Shown in pieces: positions 38,173 through 47,359 of a stretch of DNA of 64,000 nt. The position numbers and the translations under genes were made by a program. Within the stretch, counting starts at the first letter, position 1; every line of letters starts with the position of its first letter. The notes under the pieces are model-generated. The model did not search any database. It was given only the letters and a program-made list of their open reading frames with translations, and had not been told where the DNA came from. The DNA is from an uncultured Bacilli bacterium (GTDB lineage: Bacteria > Bacillota_I > Bacilli_A > RF39 > UBA660): assembly GCA_947585665.1 (NCBI GenBank), contig CANPXE010000008.1:11294-75293 (forward strand). The letters run 5' to 3'.

Positions 38173-38814
38173 GTGAAGAAAGTTTTAATGTTATTAATTT
38201 TATTCTTATCTTTTAGTTTAACAGCTTGTACTATAAAACTAGGAGAAGAAGAGAAAAAAGAAAAACCATTAGAGGAAGAAAGTCCATCTAGTGAAGAACA
38301 AAAAGAACCTGAAGAGAAAGAAAATACTGAAAATGTTGGTAAGAAGTCTAGTAAAGATTATCCTTTAAGTGTTGGAACTATTGGTTTATCTAGTAAGCAC
38401 AATGCTTTATTGGATACTTATCAAGATGTTGATATAAGTATTAAAGAAGTTAGTAAGGATCCAATTAAAATTATTGGTGAATATAATACTAATAATCCTG
38501 ATAAGATGTTAGTGGCAACCAAAGGGTATAAGTTTGTTGTTTTAGATTACGAAGTAACGTTGAACAACTTTGAAACGGAGTCTTTTGGTACTGATGTAAG
38601 AGTTGATGTTGATATAACTGATACTTCTGATAAACCATTTGTCGTAGGCGGTGTAAAACAAATCGTTGATGTTCACATCTTGAAAGAAGATGTTGGGGTA
38701 GTCGAAGGCGACAAAGGAACGGTTCAAATTGCTTTTGAGATACCTGAAAATGTTAGTAATTATTTAATTAAGTTAGGGACCAAAGGACATACAATAGCGT
38801 ATTATAAATTGTAG
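38173..38814 (+). CDS. lipoprotein (DUF4352-like beta-sandwich)
   Basis: The GTG start follows AAGGTGA. The lipobox is LSFSLTAC, followed by an E/K-rich linker. Confidence 0.7.
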   Translation: MKKVLMLLILFLSFSLTACTIKLGEEEKKEKPLEEESPSSEEQKEPEEKENTENVGKKSSKDYPLSVGTIGLSSKHNALLDTYQDVDISIKEVSKDPIKIIGEYNTNNPDKMLVATKGYKFVVLDYEVTLNNFETESFGTDVRVDVDITDTSDKPFVVGGVKQIVDVHILKEDVGVVEGDKGTVQIAFEIPENVSNYLIKLGTKGHTIAYYKL

Positions 38815-38828
38815 ATTGGAGTGTTAAT

Positions 38829-39956
38829 ATGATTTATTTAGACTATTCAGCAACAACTCCTGTTGATAGTGAAGTAATAAAAACTTTTTCTAAGGCTTGT
38901 GAGAGTTATTGGGCTAATCCTAATTCTCTTCATAAAGAAGGGGTCAAAGCCAATGCTTTGATAAATGCTAGTACCGAGCAGATTGCTGAAATATTAGGGG
39001 TTAAACCTAGCGAAATTATTTATACGAGTGGTGCTAGTGAAAGTAATAATCTAGCCATTAAAGGCATTTGTGAAAAATATCAAAATCGTGGTAAACATAT
39101 TATTACAACTAATTTTGAGCATTCATCTATTTATGGTCCCATTGGCTATTTACAAAAAAAGGGTTTTGATGTTGATTTTGTTAAAACATTGGATGATGGT
39201 AAAGTTGATTTAGAAGACTTAAAACGTTTAATTCGTGATGATACTATTTTAGTTAGTGTTACAGCGGTTAATAGTGAGATTGGAATAATTGAACCGATTG
39301 AAGAAATAGGGAAACTTTTAAAAAATTATCCTAAAATTTTCTATCATGTCGATTTGACGCAGAGTATTGGTAAACAAAAGATTGATTTAACGAACATTGA
39401 TCTTGCTAGTTTTTCAGCTCATAAATTTTTTGGTGTAAAGGGTGTCGGTGTTTTATATAAAAAAGAAAACATTAATATTGAACCATTGATTCATGGTGGT
39501 AAGAGTACGACTATTTATCGTAGTGGTACTCCAGCAACCCCTTTAATAGCGTCTTTAGCGAAAGCTTTACGTCTTGTTTATAAAGATTATGATGAGCACA
39601 ATGCATATGTTCAAAAGATTAATTCAAAGGTACGTCAAGCATTGTCAAAATATGATAAGGTCTATATTAATAGTCCTGATGATGCTCTTCCTTATATATT
39701 AAATATTAGCGTTATAGGCGTTAAACCAGAAGTATTACTACATGCTTTAGAAGAAGATGAAGTCTATATTTCAACACAGACAGCTTGTAGTAATAAAACG
39801 GATGAATCCAAAGCTGTATTAGCTTTAACTAATGATCCAGAACGTAGTAAATCAAGCGTTCGTATTAGTCTTTCTTATAAAACAACAAATGAAGAAATAG
39901 AAGAATTTTTAAAAATATTTGATAAATGTTATAATAAACTTACTACGTTGAGGTGA
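38829..39956 (+). CDS. cysteine desulfurase (NifS/IscS class V aminotransferase)
   Basis: The PLP lysine motif SAHKFFGVKGVG is present, with the catalytic loop TQTACSNK. Confidence 0.88.
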   Translation: MIYLDYSATTPVDSEVIKTFSKACESYWANPNSLHKEGVKANALINASTEQIAEILGVKPSEIIYTSGASESNNLAIKGICEKYQNRGKHIITTNFEHSSIYGPIGYLQKKGFDVDFVKTLDDGKVDLEDLKRLIRDDTILVSVTAVNSEIGIIEPIEEIGKLLKNYPKIFYHVDLTQSIGKQKIDLTNIDLASFSAHKFFGVKGVGVLYKKENINIEPLIHGGKSTTIYRSGTPATPLIASLAKALRLVYKDYDEHNAYVQKINSKVRQALSKYDKVYINSPDDALPYILNISVIGVKPEVLLHALEEDEVYISTQTACSNKTDESKAVLALTNDPERSKSSVRISLSYKTTNEEIEEFLKIFDKCYNKLTTLR

Positions 39957-39961
39957 TATTT

Positions 39962-40222
39962 GTGAAAATCATAAAAATAAATGCTGTATGGTGTCCGGCT
40001 TGTATTTTAACTAATAAAATATGGAAAAAAGTCAAAGAAGATTATAAAGATTTAGATATAGAAGAATTAGATTTCGATTTTGATGAAGATGAAGTAAAAA
40101 AATATGATGTTGGTAAAGTTTTACCAGTAGTTATTTTTATGAATGATGATCAAGAAATTGAACGTTTAGTTGGTGAGAAAACAGAGAAAGAAATATATGA
40201 TGCTGTAGAAAGAAATAGGTAA
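39962..40222 (+). CDS. small thioredoxin-like protein (WCPAC)
   Basis: The GTG at 39962 lies 6 nt after GAGGTGA. The active-site-like motif is WCPAC. Confidence 0.7.
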   Translation: MKIIKINAVWCPACILTNKIWKKVKEDYKDLDIEELDFDFDEDEVKKYDVGKVLPVVIFMNDDQEIERLVGEKTEKEIYDAVERNR

Positions 40223-40269
40223 TAGTTATGAAAAAGTATTTGTTATTATTATTTAGTTTATTTATTTTT
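40191..40269 (+). repeat. 79-bp direct repeat, copy A
   Basis: Copy A covers the last 30 nt of the trx-like gene, the 5-nt spacer and the first 42 nt of the lipoprotein gene. It matches 40802..40880 at 76 of 79 positions. Confidence 0.9.
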
Positions 40270-40794
40270 ATTTTAATTACTGGATGCAGCATTAAAGAAA
40301 AAGATACAACAGATGATTATGAGCACTATGATTTAAAAGGTAAAGATTTGATAAATCATTCTTGTTATGATGATGAAGGACATAAATGTGAATATGCACT
40401 TGCTGATATTGCACCAGAAAAATCTGAGATGACTAACTATGGTTTGTTTTATAAATTATCAGATGACGATTATATCTTAATTGATACAATAACTCCAGGT
40501 CTATATGCTGAAGATGTAAGTGCATTTGTTGAAAATAGAATGTTTTTAGCAAATGGTGCAATTATTGAGTATTCTTTAAATAGAGAAAATGTTACAAAAA
40601 AGAAACTAAATTTTTATTATAATGATAAAGATATTGGAAGTTTGGTAACACAAATACACTATATAGAAAAAGGTAATATTTATTTTACTATTTTAACAGA
40701 CGATGAAGAAGGAAAGCACATTATTCATGTTAATCTTGAATGTTCGTTATCAAATTATAAGTGTGAAAAGTTAGATGATTATTATTTTTATTAA
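40228..40794 (+). CDS. lipoprotein, hypothetical
   Basis: The lipobox is LITGCS. The first 14 codons are shared with the next gene through the direct repeat. Confidence 0.7.
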   Translation: MKKYLLLLFSLFIFILITGCSIKEKDTTDDYEHYDLKGKDLINHSCYDDEGHKCEYALADIAPEKSEMTNYGLFYKLSDDDYILIDTITPGLYAEDVSAFVENRMFLANGAIIEYSLNRENVTKKKLNFYYNDKDIGSLVTQIHYIEKGNIYFTILTDDEEGKHIIHVNLECSLSNYKCEKLDDYYFY

Positions 40795-40801
40795 TTAAAA
40801 A

Positions 40802-40880
40802 AAATATATGATGCTATAGAAAGAAATAGGTAATAGTTATGAAAAAATATTTGTTGTTATTATTTAGTTTATTTATTTTT
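40802..40880 (+). repeat. 79-bp direct repeat, copy B
   Basis: Copy B carries a relic of the trx-like gene 3' end (..YDAIERNR-stop), the same SD/spacer and the same signal-peptide start, MKKYLLLLFSLFIF. Confidence 0.9.
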
Positions 40881-42035
40881 CTTCCAATTAATTGCTTTGC
40901 TCTTGCTGATGATTATGAAGATGTTTTGTATGAAAAGTTAGAAGTTGAAAAGAAAGAAGATGTTGTCAATATCTATCTTTTTTATAGTAATGTTTGTCCT
41001 CATTGTGCTAGGGAAGAGAAAGTTCTTAATCAATTAGAAGAAGAATATGGTGATAAAATAAAAGTATTCCGTTATGAAGTTAATGATGATGCTGATAATC
41101 TTTTACTCATGTATGATGTTAAGGAACTTTTGAATGTTGAAGGATCAAAAACGGGTGTTCCTTTTACAGTCATTGGTAAAGAATACTATCTCGGTTATTC
41201 GGAATGGGTTGGTAATGATTTAGAAAAACAAATTCGTCATGATTTAGAACTTGATACTCAAGAAGAGACCGTTGTTGAAAAAGGTAAAGTTAACTTACCA
41301 CTACTAGGAGAAGTTAGCGCAACTGATACTGCGGTTGGTGTCGCTGCTGTTATTTTAGGTTTTGTTGATGGTTTTAATCCTTGTGCGATGTGGGTTCTAT
41401 TATTCATCATAAGTATGCTTTTTGGAATGAAAGATCGTCGTAAAATGTTTATTTTGGGATTTGCTTTTCTTTTTACGTCAGCACTATTCTATTTTCTTTC
41501 AATGTTAGGAATCAATCTCATTTTAGATTTTATTACAACAGATCAGATTAGAGATTTAATTGGAATAGTTGCTATTATCTTTGGTATTTACAATTTATAT
41601 ATTTATTTCCGTGATCGAAAACTAGAAGATGGTTGTCAAATAGTTGATGAGAAAAAACGAAAAACAATTATGGCCAAAGTTAAAAAAATCAAAAATGCGC
41701 GTAACTTTTTTATTGCCCTTGGTGGAATAATTGTTCTAGCTATTTCTGTCAATATGGTAGAACTTGCTTGTAGTGCTGGTTTTCCAATGGTTTTCAATGA
41801 GATTTTAGTGGCGAATGAAATTGGTGGTTTCATGCGTATCATCTATTTACTTCTTTATGTGTTCTTCTACATGATTGATGATATGGTTGTCTTTACTATT
41901 TCCATGTGTACATTATCAATTGCTGGAATGACAACTAAGTACAATAAGTTAATAAAGATTATTGGTGGTATTTTAATGCTCATAATGGGACTATTACTCA
42001 TATTTAAACCAGAATGGATCATGTTAAATTTTTAA
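40839..42035 (+). CDS. exported thioredoxin-fold domain (CPHC) fused to a 6-TM Cys-containing membrane domain
   Basis: After the signal peptide comes VNIYLFYSNVCPHCAREEKVL, which resembles a Trx/Grx fold. The TM domain carries GFVDGFNPCAMWVLLF and VELACSAGFPMVF. Confidence 0.7.
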   Translation: MKKYLLLLFSLFIFLPINCFALADDYEDVLYEKLEVEKKEDVVNIYLFYSNVCPHCAREEKVLNQLEEEYGDKIKVFRYEVNDDADNLLLMYDVKELLNVEGSKTGVPFTVIGKEYYLGYSEWVGNDLEKQIRHDLELDTQEETVVEKGKVNLPLLGEVSATDTAVGVAAVILGFVDGFNPCAMWVLLFIISMLFGMKDRRKMFILGFAFLFTSALFYFLSMLGINLILDFITTDQIRDLIGIVAIIFGIYNLYIYFRDRKLEDGCQIVDEKKRKTIMAKVKKIKNARNFFIALGGIIVLAISVNMVELACSAGFPMVFNEILVANEIGGFMRIIYLLLYVFFYMIDDMVVFTISMCTLSIAGMTTKYNKLIKIIGGILMLIMGLLLIFKPEWIMLNF

Positions 42036-42058
42036 GAGTAGATTTACTCTTTTTCTTT
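42035..42058 (+). terminator. rho-independent terminator
   Basis: AGAGTA-GATT-TACTCT is followed by TTTTCTTT. Confidence 0.5.
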
Positions 42059-42123
42059 GCTTTTGTATAGATATTTTGTTTTTGATATTATATAATAATA
42101 ATATATTTTGAAGGAGTGATAAA

Positions 42124-43548
42124 ATGGCAAATGAAGTAAAAGAGATTACAAGTCGTGATGTTGACTTTGCTAAATGGTATACGGATGTCGTTAAAAAAGC
42201 TGACTTAGTTGACTATTCTAGTGTTAAGGGAAGTATGATAATTCGACCTTATGGGTATGCTATTTGGGAAAATATGCAAAAGATATTGGATGCTGAATTT
42301 AAGAAAACGAAACATGAGAATGTTCAAATGCCGATGTTCATTCCAGAAAGTTTATTAAATGTTGAGAAAGAACACGTTGAAGGATTTGCTCCTGAAGTTG
42401 CTTGGGTAACATATGGTGGTAATGATTTGTTAGAAGAGAGAATGTGTGTTCGTCCAACCAGTGAAGTATTATTTTGTGATCACTTTAAGAAAATAATTAA
42501 ATCTTATCGTGATTTACCAATTCTATATAATCAATGGTGTACAATTGTGCGTTGGGAAAAGACGACGCGTCCTTTTTTGCGCAGTCGTGAAATATTGTGG
42601 CAAGAAGGACACACGATGCATGCAACTGAAGAAGAAGCTCGTGAAGAGACTTTACGCATGTTAAAAGTCTATGAAGATTTTCAAAGAAATATTTTAGCTC
42701 TTCCTGTCATCGTTGGTAAGAAAACCGATAAAGAAAAGTTTGCTGGTGCTGAAGAAAGTTATACCCTTGAAGCCATGATGTATGATGGAGTAGCTTTACA
42801 AAACGGAACGAGTCATTACTTTGGTAATGGGTTTGCTCGTGCTTTTGGAATTGAGTACTTAGATAAAGAAAATAAATTGGTTAATCCTTATCAAACTTCT
42901 TGGGGTGTAACGACAAGAATGATTGGAGCCATCATTATGACACATGGTGATGATAATGGTTTGGTTTTACCACCTAATATTGCTCCAATTAAAGCTATTG
43001 TGATACCTATTGGTAAAGATGAAAAAGTTCTTGAAACAGCTAATTCACTAATGGAAACTTTAAACGATAGTGATATAATAACTAAAATTGATTTATCTGA
43101 TAAGACTCCAGGATTTAAATTTGCTGAAGCTGAAGTTAAAGGTTATCCAGTAAGAATTGAAGTGGGACCAAGAGATTTAGCTAACAACCTTGTGACATTA
43201 GTTCGAAGAGATACTCTTGAAAAAAGACAAGTTCCTCTTGAAGATGTACCTTTGGAAGTAAGTTCCCTTCTTGTCGATATTCAAAGAAATCTTTATGATC
43301 GTGCTCTAAAACGTCGTGATTCCATGATTTATGAAGCAAAAGACTATGCTGAATTTACGGATATTGCTTTACATAAACCCGGATTTATCAAAGTTAATTG
43401 GTGTGGCGATGTCGCTTGTGAAAATAAAATAAAAGATGATTTTGGTATTAAATCAAGATGTTTAATTGAAGGTGAAGAAGTAACTGGTCCTTGTGTTTGT
43501 TGCGGTAAAAAAGCCAAACATCGTATTTACTTTGGACGTCAATATTAA
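42124..43548 (+). CDS. proS: prolyl-tRNA synthetase (archaeal/eukaryote-like type, no INS domain)
   Basis: The protein has the N-terminus FAKWYTDVVKKADL, class II motifs, a C-terminal zinc-binding domain (CGDVACENK...CVCCGKKA) and a terminal Tyr. The SD is GAAGGAG. Confidence 0.92.
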   Translation: MANEVKEITSRDVDFAKWYTDVVKKADLVDYSSVKGSMIIRPYGYAIWENMQKILDAEFKKTKHENVQMPMFIPESLLNVEKEHVEGFAPEVAWVTYGGNDLLEERMCVRPTSEVLFCDHFKKIIKSYRDLPILYNQWCTIVRWEKTTRPFLRSREILWQEGHTMHATEEEAREETLRMLKVYEDFQRNILALPVIVGKKTDKEKFAGAEESYTLEAMMYDGVALQNGTSHYFGNGFARAFGIEYLDKENKLVNPYQTSWGVTTRMIGAIIMTHGDDNGLVLPPNIAPIKAIVIPIGKDEKVLETANSLMETLNDSDIITKIDLSDKTPGFKFAEAEVKGYPVRIEVGPRDLANNLVTLVRRDTLEKRQVPLEDVPLEVSSLLVDIQRNLYDRALKRRDSMIYEAKDYAEFTDIALHKPGFIKVNWCGDVACENKIKDDFGIKSRCLIEGEEVTGPCVCCGKKAKHRIYFGRQY

Positions 43549-43552
43549 ATTT

Positions 43553-43580
43553 GAAGAAAGTTTTAAACTTTCTTTTTTTT
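43553..43580 (+). terminator. rho-independent terminator after proS
   Basis: The hairpin GAAGAAAGT...ACTTTCTTT is followed by a T8 run. Confidence 0.7.
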
Positions 43581-43628
43581 CGACATTTTTTTACATTGTC
43601 TTCTTGTACCATATAAATAGGTGATAGT

Positions 43629-44093
43629 ATGAAGAAAAAAATAGTTAAAAGTGTCATTATTCCATTGTTGTTCGCGATAACCATTGGGTTTTATGGTGCC
43701 CATATCGCATATCAGTTTTATCAAGTAAAAAAAGAAATAGATAAGCGCAGTTTTAATACTTATGCCATTCAATATGGAGTTTATACTGATGAAAAAATTT
43801 TAAAGGATAAACTAAAAGAATTAGATGATTATGTCGTAAGTGTTGAAGATGGTAAATATTATGTCTATTTAGGTTTTACAACTGATTATGACAACCTAGG
43901 AAAAATGCGTCGTATTTATAAAAATAATGATGTCCAAGTCTACACTAAATATATGTATATAGATAATCAAGAATTTGTTAATAGTCTTGAACAATTTGAT
44001 GTTTTAATGGCCAATACTGATAAAGAGGAAGATATTATTTCTGTCAATGAAGCTATTTTATCGAGTTATGAAGAAATAATTTTAGGAAATTAG
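43629..44093 (+). CDS. membrane-anchored SPOR-like domain protein
   Basis: An N-terminal TM is followed by YAIQYGVYTDEKILKDKLKEL...YYVYLGFTTDYDNL, which fits the SPOR beta-alpha-beta-beta pattern. Confidence 0.6.
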   Translation: MKKKIVKSVIIPLLFAITIGFYGAHIAYQFYQVKKEIDKRSFNTYAIQYGVYTDEKILKDKLKELDDYVVSVEDGKYYVYLGFTTDYDNLGKMRRIYKNNDVQVYTKYMYIDNQEFVNSLEQFDVLMANTDKEEDIISVNEAILSSYEEIILGN

Positions 44094-44127
44094 GTAATAA
44101 TAGTTAATAATACTATTGGTGAAGAAA

Positions 44128-44799
44128 ATGATAAGAGATATTCCATATGATGAACGACCGCGCGAAAGAGCTATCAATAATGGTGTTGCCAATTTATCCA
44201 ATAGTGAGTTATTAGCGATTCTTTTACGATGTGGTACTAAAGATAAAAGTGTTAAAGATCTATCCTTAGAAATATTAAATAAAATAGGGGATATATCTAA
44301 CTTTCAAGATTTGACTCTAAATAAACTTTTAGAAATTAAAGGAATAGGAAAAACGAAAGCCATTGAACTTTTAAGTGTCATAGAACTTGGTAAAAGAATC
44401 TATTTCAATCAAAAAAGAACTACTCTTAAAATTAGTAGTTCTAAAGATGTTTTTCAAAATTATCGTTCACTTTTTTTAAACTCTAAACAAGAAATGTTTT
44501 ATTGCCTTTATCTTGATAATAAAAATGTTGTTATTGAAAGGAAGTTATTATTTATGGGAACAATTAATCATAGTGTTGTCCATCCCCGTGAAATATTTAA
44601 AAATGCTTATTTGACGTCCGCATCTGGAATAATTTGTCTTCATAATCATCCTAGTGGTGATATTAATCCATCTTTGGAGGATAAAAGACTTACTAAAGCT
44701 TTAGTTGATATTGGTCGTCTTCAAAATATCCCGGTTTTAGATCATATCATTATTGGGGAAGATAATTATTTCAGTTTTATGGAGAACGATTTATTATGA
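44128..44799 (+). CDS. radC: RadC-like JAB-domain protein (UPF0758)
   Basis: PRERAI..G...LSNSELLAILL and an HhH region are followed by the JAMM motif HNHPSGD. I prefer the ATG at 44128 to the tracked TTG at 44116. Confidence 0.88.
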   Translation: MIRDIPYDERPRERAINNGVANLSNSELLAILLRCGTKDKSVKDLSLEILNKIGDISNFQDLTLNKLLEIKGIGKTKAIELLSVIELGKRIYFNQKRTTLKISSSKDVFQNYRSLFLNSKQEMFYCLYLDNKNVVIERKLLFMGTINHSVVHPREIFKNAYLTSASGIICLHNHPSGDINPSLEDKRLTKALVDIGRLQNIPVLDHIIIGEDNYFSFMENDLL

Positions 44800-45551
44800 A
44801 GAAAAAACGTAAGAAATATAAATATAATCGACATATCGATTTGCGTTACAAAATAATTATGGGAATGGCAATTATTGTTTTAGGAATAGTTTTACTAAGT
44901 TTTTCTTTTAATTCAAAATATTTATATGTCGAAAAATTTTTAAATAGTCTTTTTTATTATCCATTTAGTAATTTAAAAAATGATCAAGATATTATTGGGA
45001 AAAATATTAATGATGAATTAGAAAAAGAAATAGAAGACTTAAAAAAACTAACTAAAATATCCCAAGTTTTAAGTGAGTTTGAAAAAGTGAATGCGGTTGT
45101 TGTATCAAGAGATGTTTCTTATTGGCTTGATGAAATAATTATTAATTGTGGATCAAAACAAGGTCTTAAAGAAGGAATGGCTGTTGTGACAAATAATGGG
45201 GTAGTTGGTTACATAAAAGAAGTATATGAAACGTCTTCTAGAGTTACTCTAATTACTAATAGTACTTATAATAATACTTCTGTAAGAATTGGTGATAAGT
45301 ATCTCGTTTTAGAATATGATCAAAACAATGATTTAATCATCAATCAACTAGATAATACGGATACTATTAAAGAAAAGGATGTTGTCTATACTAGTGGTCT
45401 AACGGATAAATTTCCCGCTGGCTTAACAATTGGTTACATATCTAAAATAGAAGATAATATTTATGGTAATGGTAAAAAATTATATGTATCACTTTATTAT
45501 GACATTAATTCTTTACGTTATGTCAGCGTCTTAAAGAGGAAAATAAAATGA
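44796..45551 (+). CDS. mreC: rod-shape-determining protein MreC
   Basis: The protein has an N-terminal TM, a coiled coil and the beta-barrel motif VVTNNGVVGYIKEVYETSSRVTLITN. It overlaps radC and mreD by 4 nt on each side. Confidence 0.85.
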   Translation: MKKKRKKYKYNRHIDLRYKIIMGMAIIVLGIVLLSFSFNSKYLYVEKFLNSLFYYPFSNLKNDQDIIGKNINDELEKEIEDLKKLTKISQVLSEFEKVNAVVVSRDVSYWLDEIIINCGSKQGLKEGMAVVTNNGVVGYIKEVYETSSRVTLITNSTYNNTSVRIGDKYLVLEYDQNNDLIINQLDNTDTIKEKDVVYTSGLTDKFPAGLTIGYISKIEDNIYGNGKKLYVSLYYDINSLRYVSVLKRKIK

Positions 45552-46009
45552 ATATTTTAATTGTTATTTCTCTTTTTGGATCTTTTATTTTAGAATTTTT
45601 TCTTTTCTTTTTAATACCTTTTTCTTTTAACAATATAACTTTTGTCTATCCAATGCTTTTTCTATCTACTAATGTTCTTCTTTTTCCTTATTTAAATAAA
45701 AATAATTTTTATCAGTACTTATTATTCATTATTATTTATTCTGCCTTATGTTTAAATAATGTCGTTCTTGGTCTAGAACTTTTTTCCCTTATTTATTTCT
45801 TTAATAGTGTCTTAAAAAAAGTACCTATCTTTTTAAGATTAATTTTATCAATTATGATTTATGATTTATTTATTTATCTTTCGCTAGTTCTATTTAATAA
45901 TGCATCTTTTTCTTTTTATCTTTATTTTTATAAAATATTTTATTCTCTTCTTTTTAATGTAATTTATGTTCTCATATTTAATTTGGTTCTAAAAAAAGTA
46001 GAACCTTAA
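45548..46009 (+). CDS. mreD: rod-shape-determining protein MreD
   Basis: The product is a 153-aa, 5-TM protein positioned after mreC. Confidence 0.7.
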   Translation: MNILIVISLFGSFILEFFLFFLIPFSFNNITFVYPMLFLSTNVLLFPYLNKNNFYQYLLFIIIYSALCLNNVVLGLELFSLIYFFNSVLKKVPIFLRLILSIMIYDLFIYLSLVLFNNASFSFYLYFYKIFYSLLFNVIYVLIFNLVLKKVEP

Positions 46010-46031
46010 TATTTTATATTGAGGTGTTGAT

Positions 46032-46616
46032 ATGGATTATACTAGTAGTAAGTTTTTAAAGAATACTAATAATAGGAAGAATCATTTCAAATCTTTTTTC
46101 AACAAGATCCTCATCTGTATAATTATCTTTTTAACATTATTAATTGTTGTTAAAAGTAATCCTAAACTAAAAGAAAAAGTTAAAGATTTTCTTTATGAAA
46201 ACAATATTTCTTTTTCTAAATTTCATGATTTTCTTGATAAGCATTTTGGAGGTGTATTACCTTTTGATAATGCTTTAGTAGATGATAGTGTCGCTGTTTT
46301 TAATGAGAAGATGGAGTATAAGGAGAAAAGTGATTATAACAACGGTGTCAAACTAAAAGTTGATAATAATTATTTAGTTCCTGTTTTAGAGAGTGGTATT
46401 GTTGTTTATATTGGTGAAAAAGATAGTTATGGAAGTACTGTTATCATTCAACAAATAGATGGTGTTGATGCTTGGTATAGTAATGTCAACACTAATGTTA
46501 AACTTTATGATTATGTTGAAAAAGGAAGTCTCTTAGGTAATTGTCTAGATACCCAACTATATTTACATTTCCAAAAGAATGGTGAATTTATTGACTATAA
46601 AGAATATATTCAATAA
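46032..46616 (+). CDS. degenerate M23/LytM-domain membrane protein (SpoIVFA-like)
   Basis: An N-terminal TM is followed by a C-terminal LytM-like fold (GIVVYIGEKDSYGSTVIIQQIDG...LYLHFQKNGEFIDY) that lacks the full zinc-ligand set. The gene lies directly upstream of spoIVFB. Confidence 0.65.
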   Translation: MDYTSSKFLKNTNNRKNHFKSFFNKILICIIIFLTLLIVVKSNPKLKEKVKDFLYENNISFSKFHDFLDKHFGGVLPFDNALVDDSVAVFNEKMEYKEKSDYNNGVKLKVDNNYLVPVLESGIVVYIGEKDSYGSTVIIQQIDGVDAWYSNVNTNVKLYDYVEKGSLLGNCLDTQLYLHFQKNGEFIDYKEYIQ

Positions 46617-47349
46617 ATTATACTTAGATCCTTTCTTTTATTTTTTTATGCTTGTTTCGTGTCTATCCGCATCTTTTCAAAACTTCTTTTTCTTTTTATC
46701 AATCATCGTAATTCATGAAATGGGTCATTTAGTAATGGGTTTGATTCTAGGATGGAATGTTGATAAAGTATGCTTATATGCCTATGGTGGTGTAACTAAG
46801 TTTAATGAAGATATCAATCGTCATCTATTAGAAGAATTATTAATTTTATTATTTGGTCCAATTGTTCAAATAATTTATTTAATAATTGGTCATTTTTTAT
46901 TTTTAAATAGTACTTTTGATCATTATAATATAGCTATTTTAATATTTAATTTATTGCCCATCTATCCATTAGATGGTGGTCGTATTTTAAATATCATATT
47001 TAATTATTTTTTTTCTTTTCAACTTAGTTATTATTTATCAATAATTATTTCTTTTGTCATGTCTTTTTTATTTATAGTAATTTCTTTTATCAACAATTAT
47101 ACAATAAACATTTTCTTAATGTTTTTAATTGTTCTAAGTAAAGTTATTGAAGAGTTAAGAAAAAGAAAATATTATTTTAATAAATTTATTTTGGAAAGAT
47201 ATTTAAATAATTATCATTTTAAAAAAAGAAAATGCATTAATTCTTTAAAAAAGATGAAAAGAGACTATCAACATATCATATTTAATAAGAAGAGATATTA
47301 CACCGAAAAAGAATATTTGAATAAAATATATAAGAATTATAATGAGTAG
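46579..47349 (+). CDS. spoIVFB: M50 site-2 metalloprotease SpoIVFB (pro-sigma-K processing enzyme)
   Basis: HEMGH sits in a TM helix (IIVIHEMGHLVMG), with NLLPIYPLDGGRIL. The N-terminus aligns with B. subtilis SpoIVFB. The gene overlaps the upstream gene by 38 nt. Confidence 0.8.
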   Translation: MVNLLTIKNIFNKLYLDPFFYFFMLVSCLSASFQNFFFFLSIIVIHEMGHLVMGLILGWNVDKVCLYAYGGVTKFNEDINRHLLEELLILLFGPIVQIIYLIIGHFLFLNSTFDHYNIAILIFNLLPIYPLDGGRILNIIFNYFFSFQLSYYLSIIISFVMSFLFIVISFINNYTINIFLMFLIVLSKVIEELRKRKYYFNKFILERYLNNYHFKKRKCINSLKKMKRDYQHIIFNKKRYYTEKEYLNKIYKNYNE

Positions 47350-47359
47350 GTGAAGTATC

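Noticed and set aside
42036-42123. Possible T-box leader upstream of proS.
   Set aside because: The intergenic region is only about 88 nt, and much of it is a terminator for the upstream gene and a promoter-like AT tract. That is too short for a T-box, and no T-box consensus was seen.
43448-43772. Minus-strand ORFs of 78 aa and 69 aa spanning the proS terminator and the start of the SPOR-like gene.
   Set aside because: They cross a strong terminator and overlap better-supported plus-strand genes. They have no RBS.
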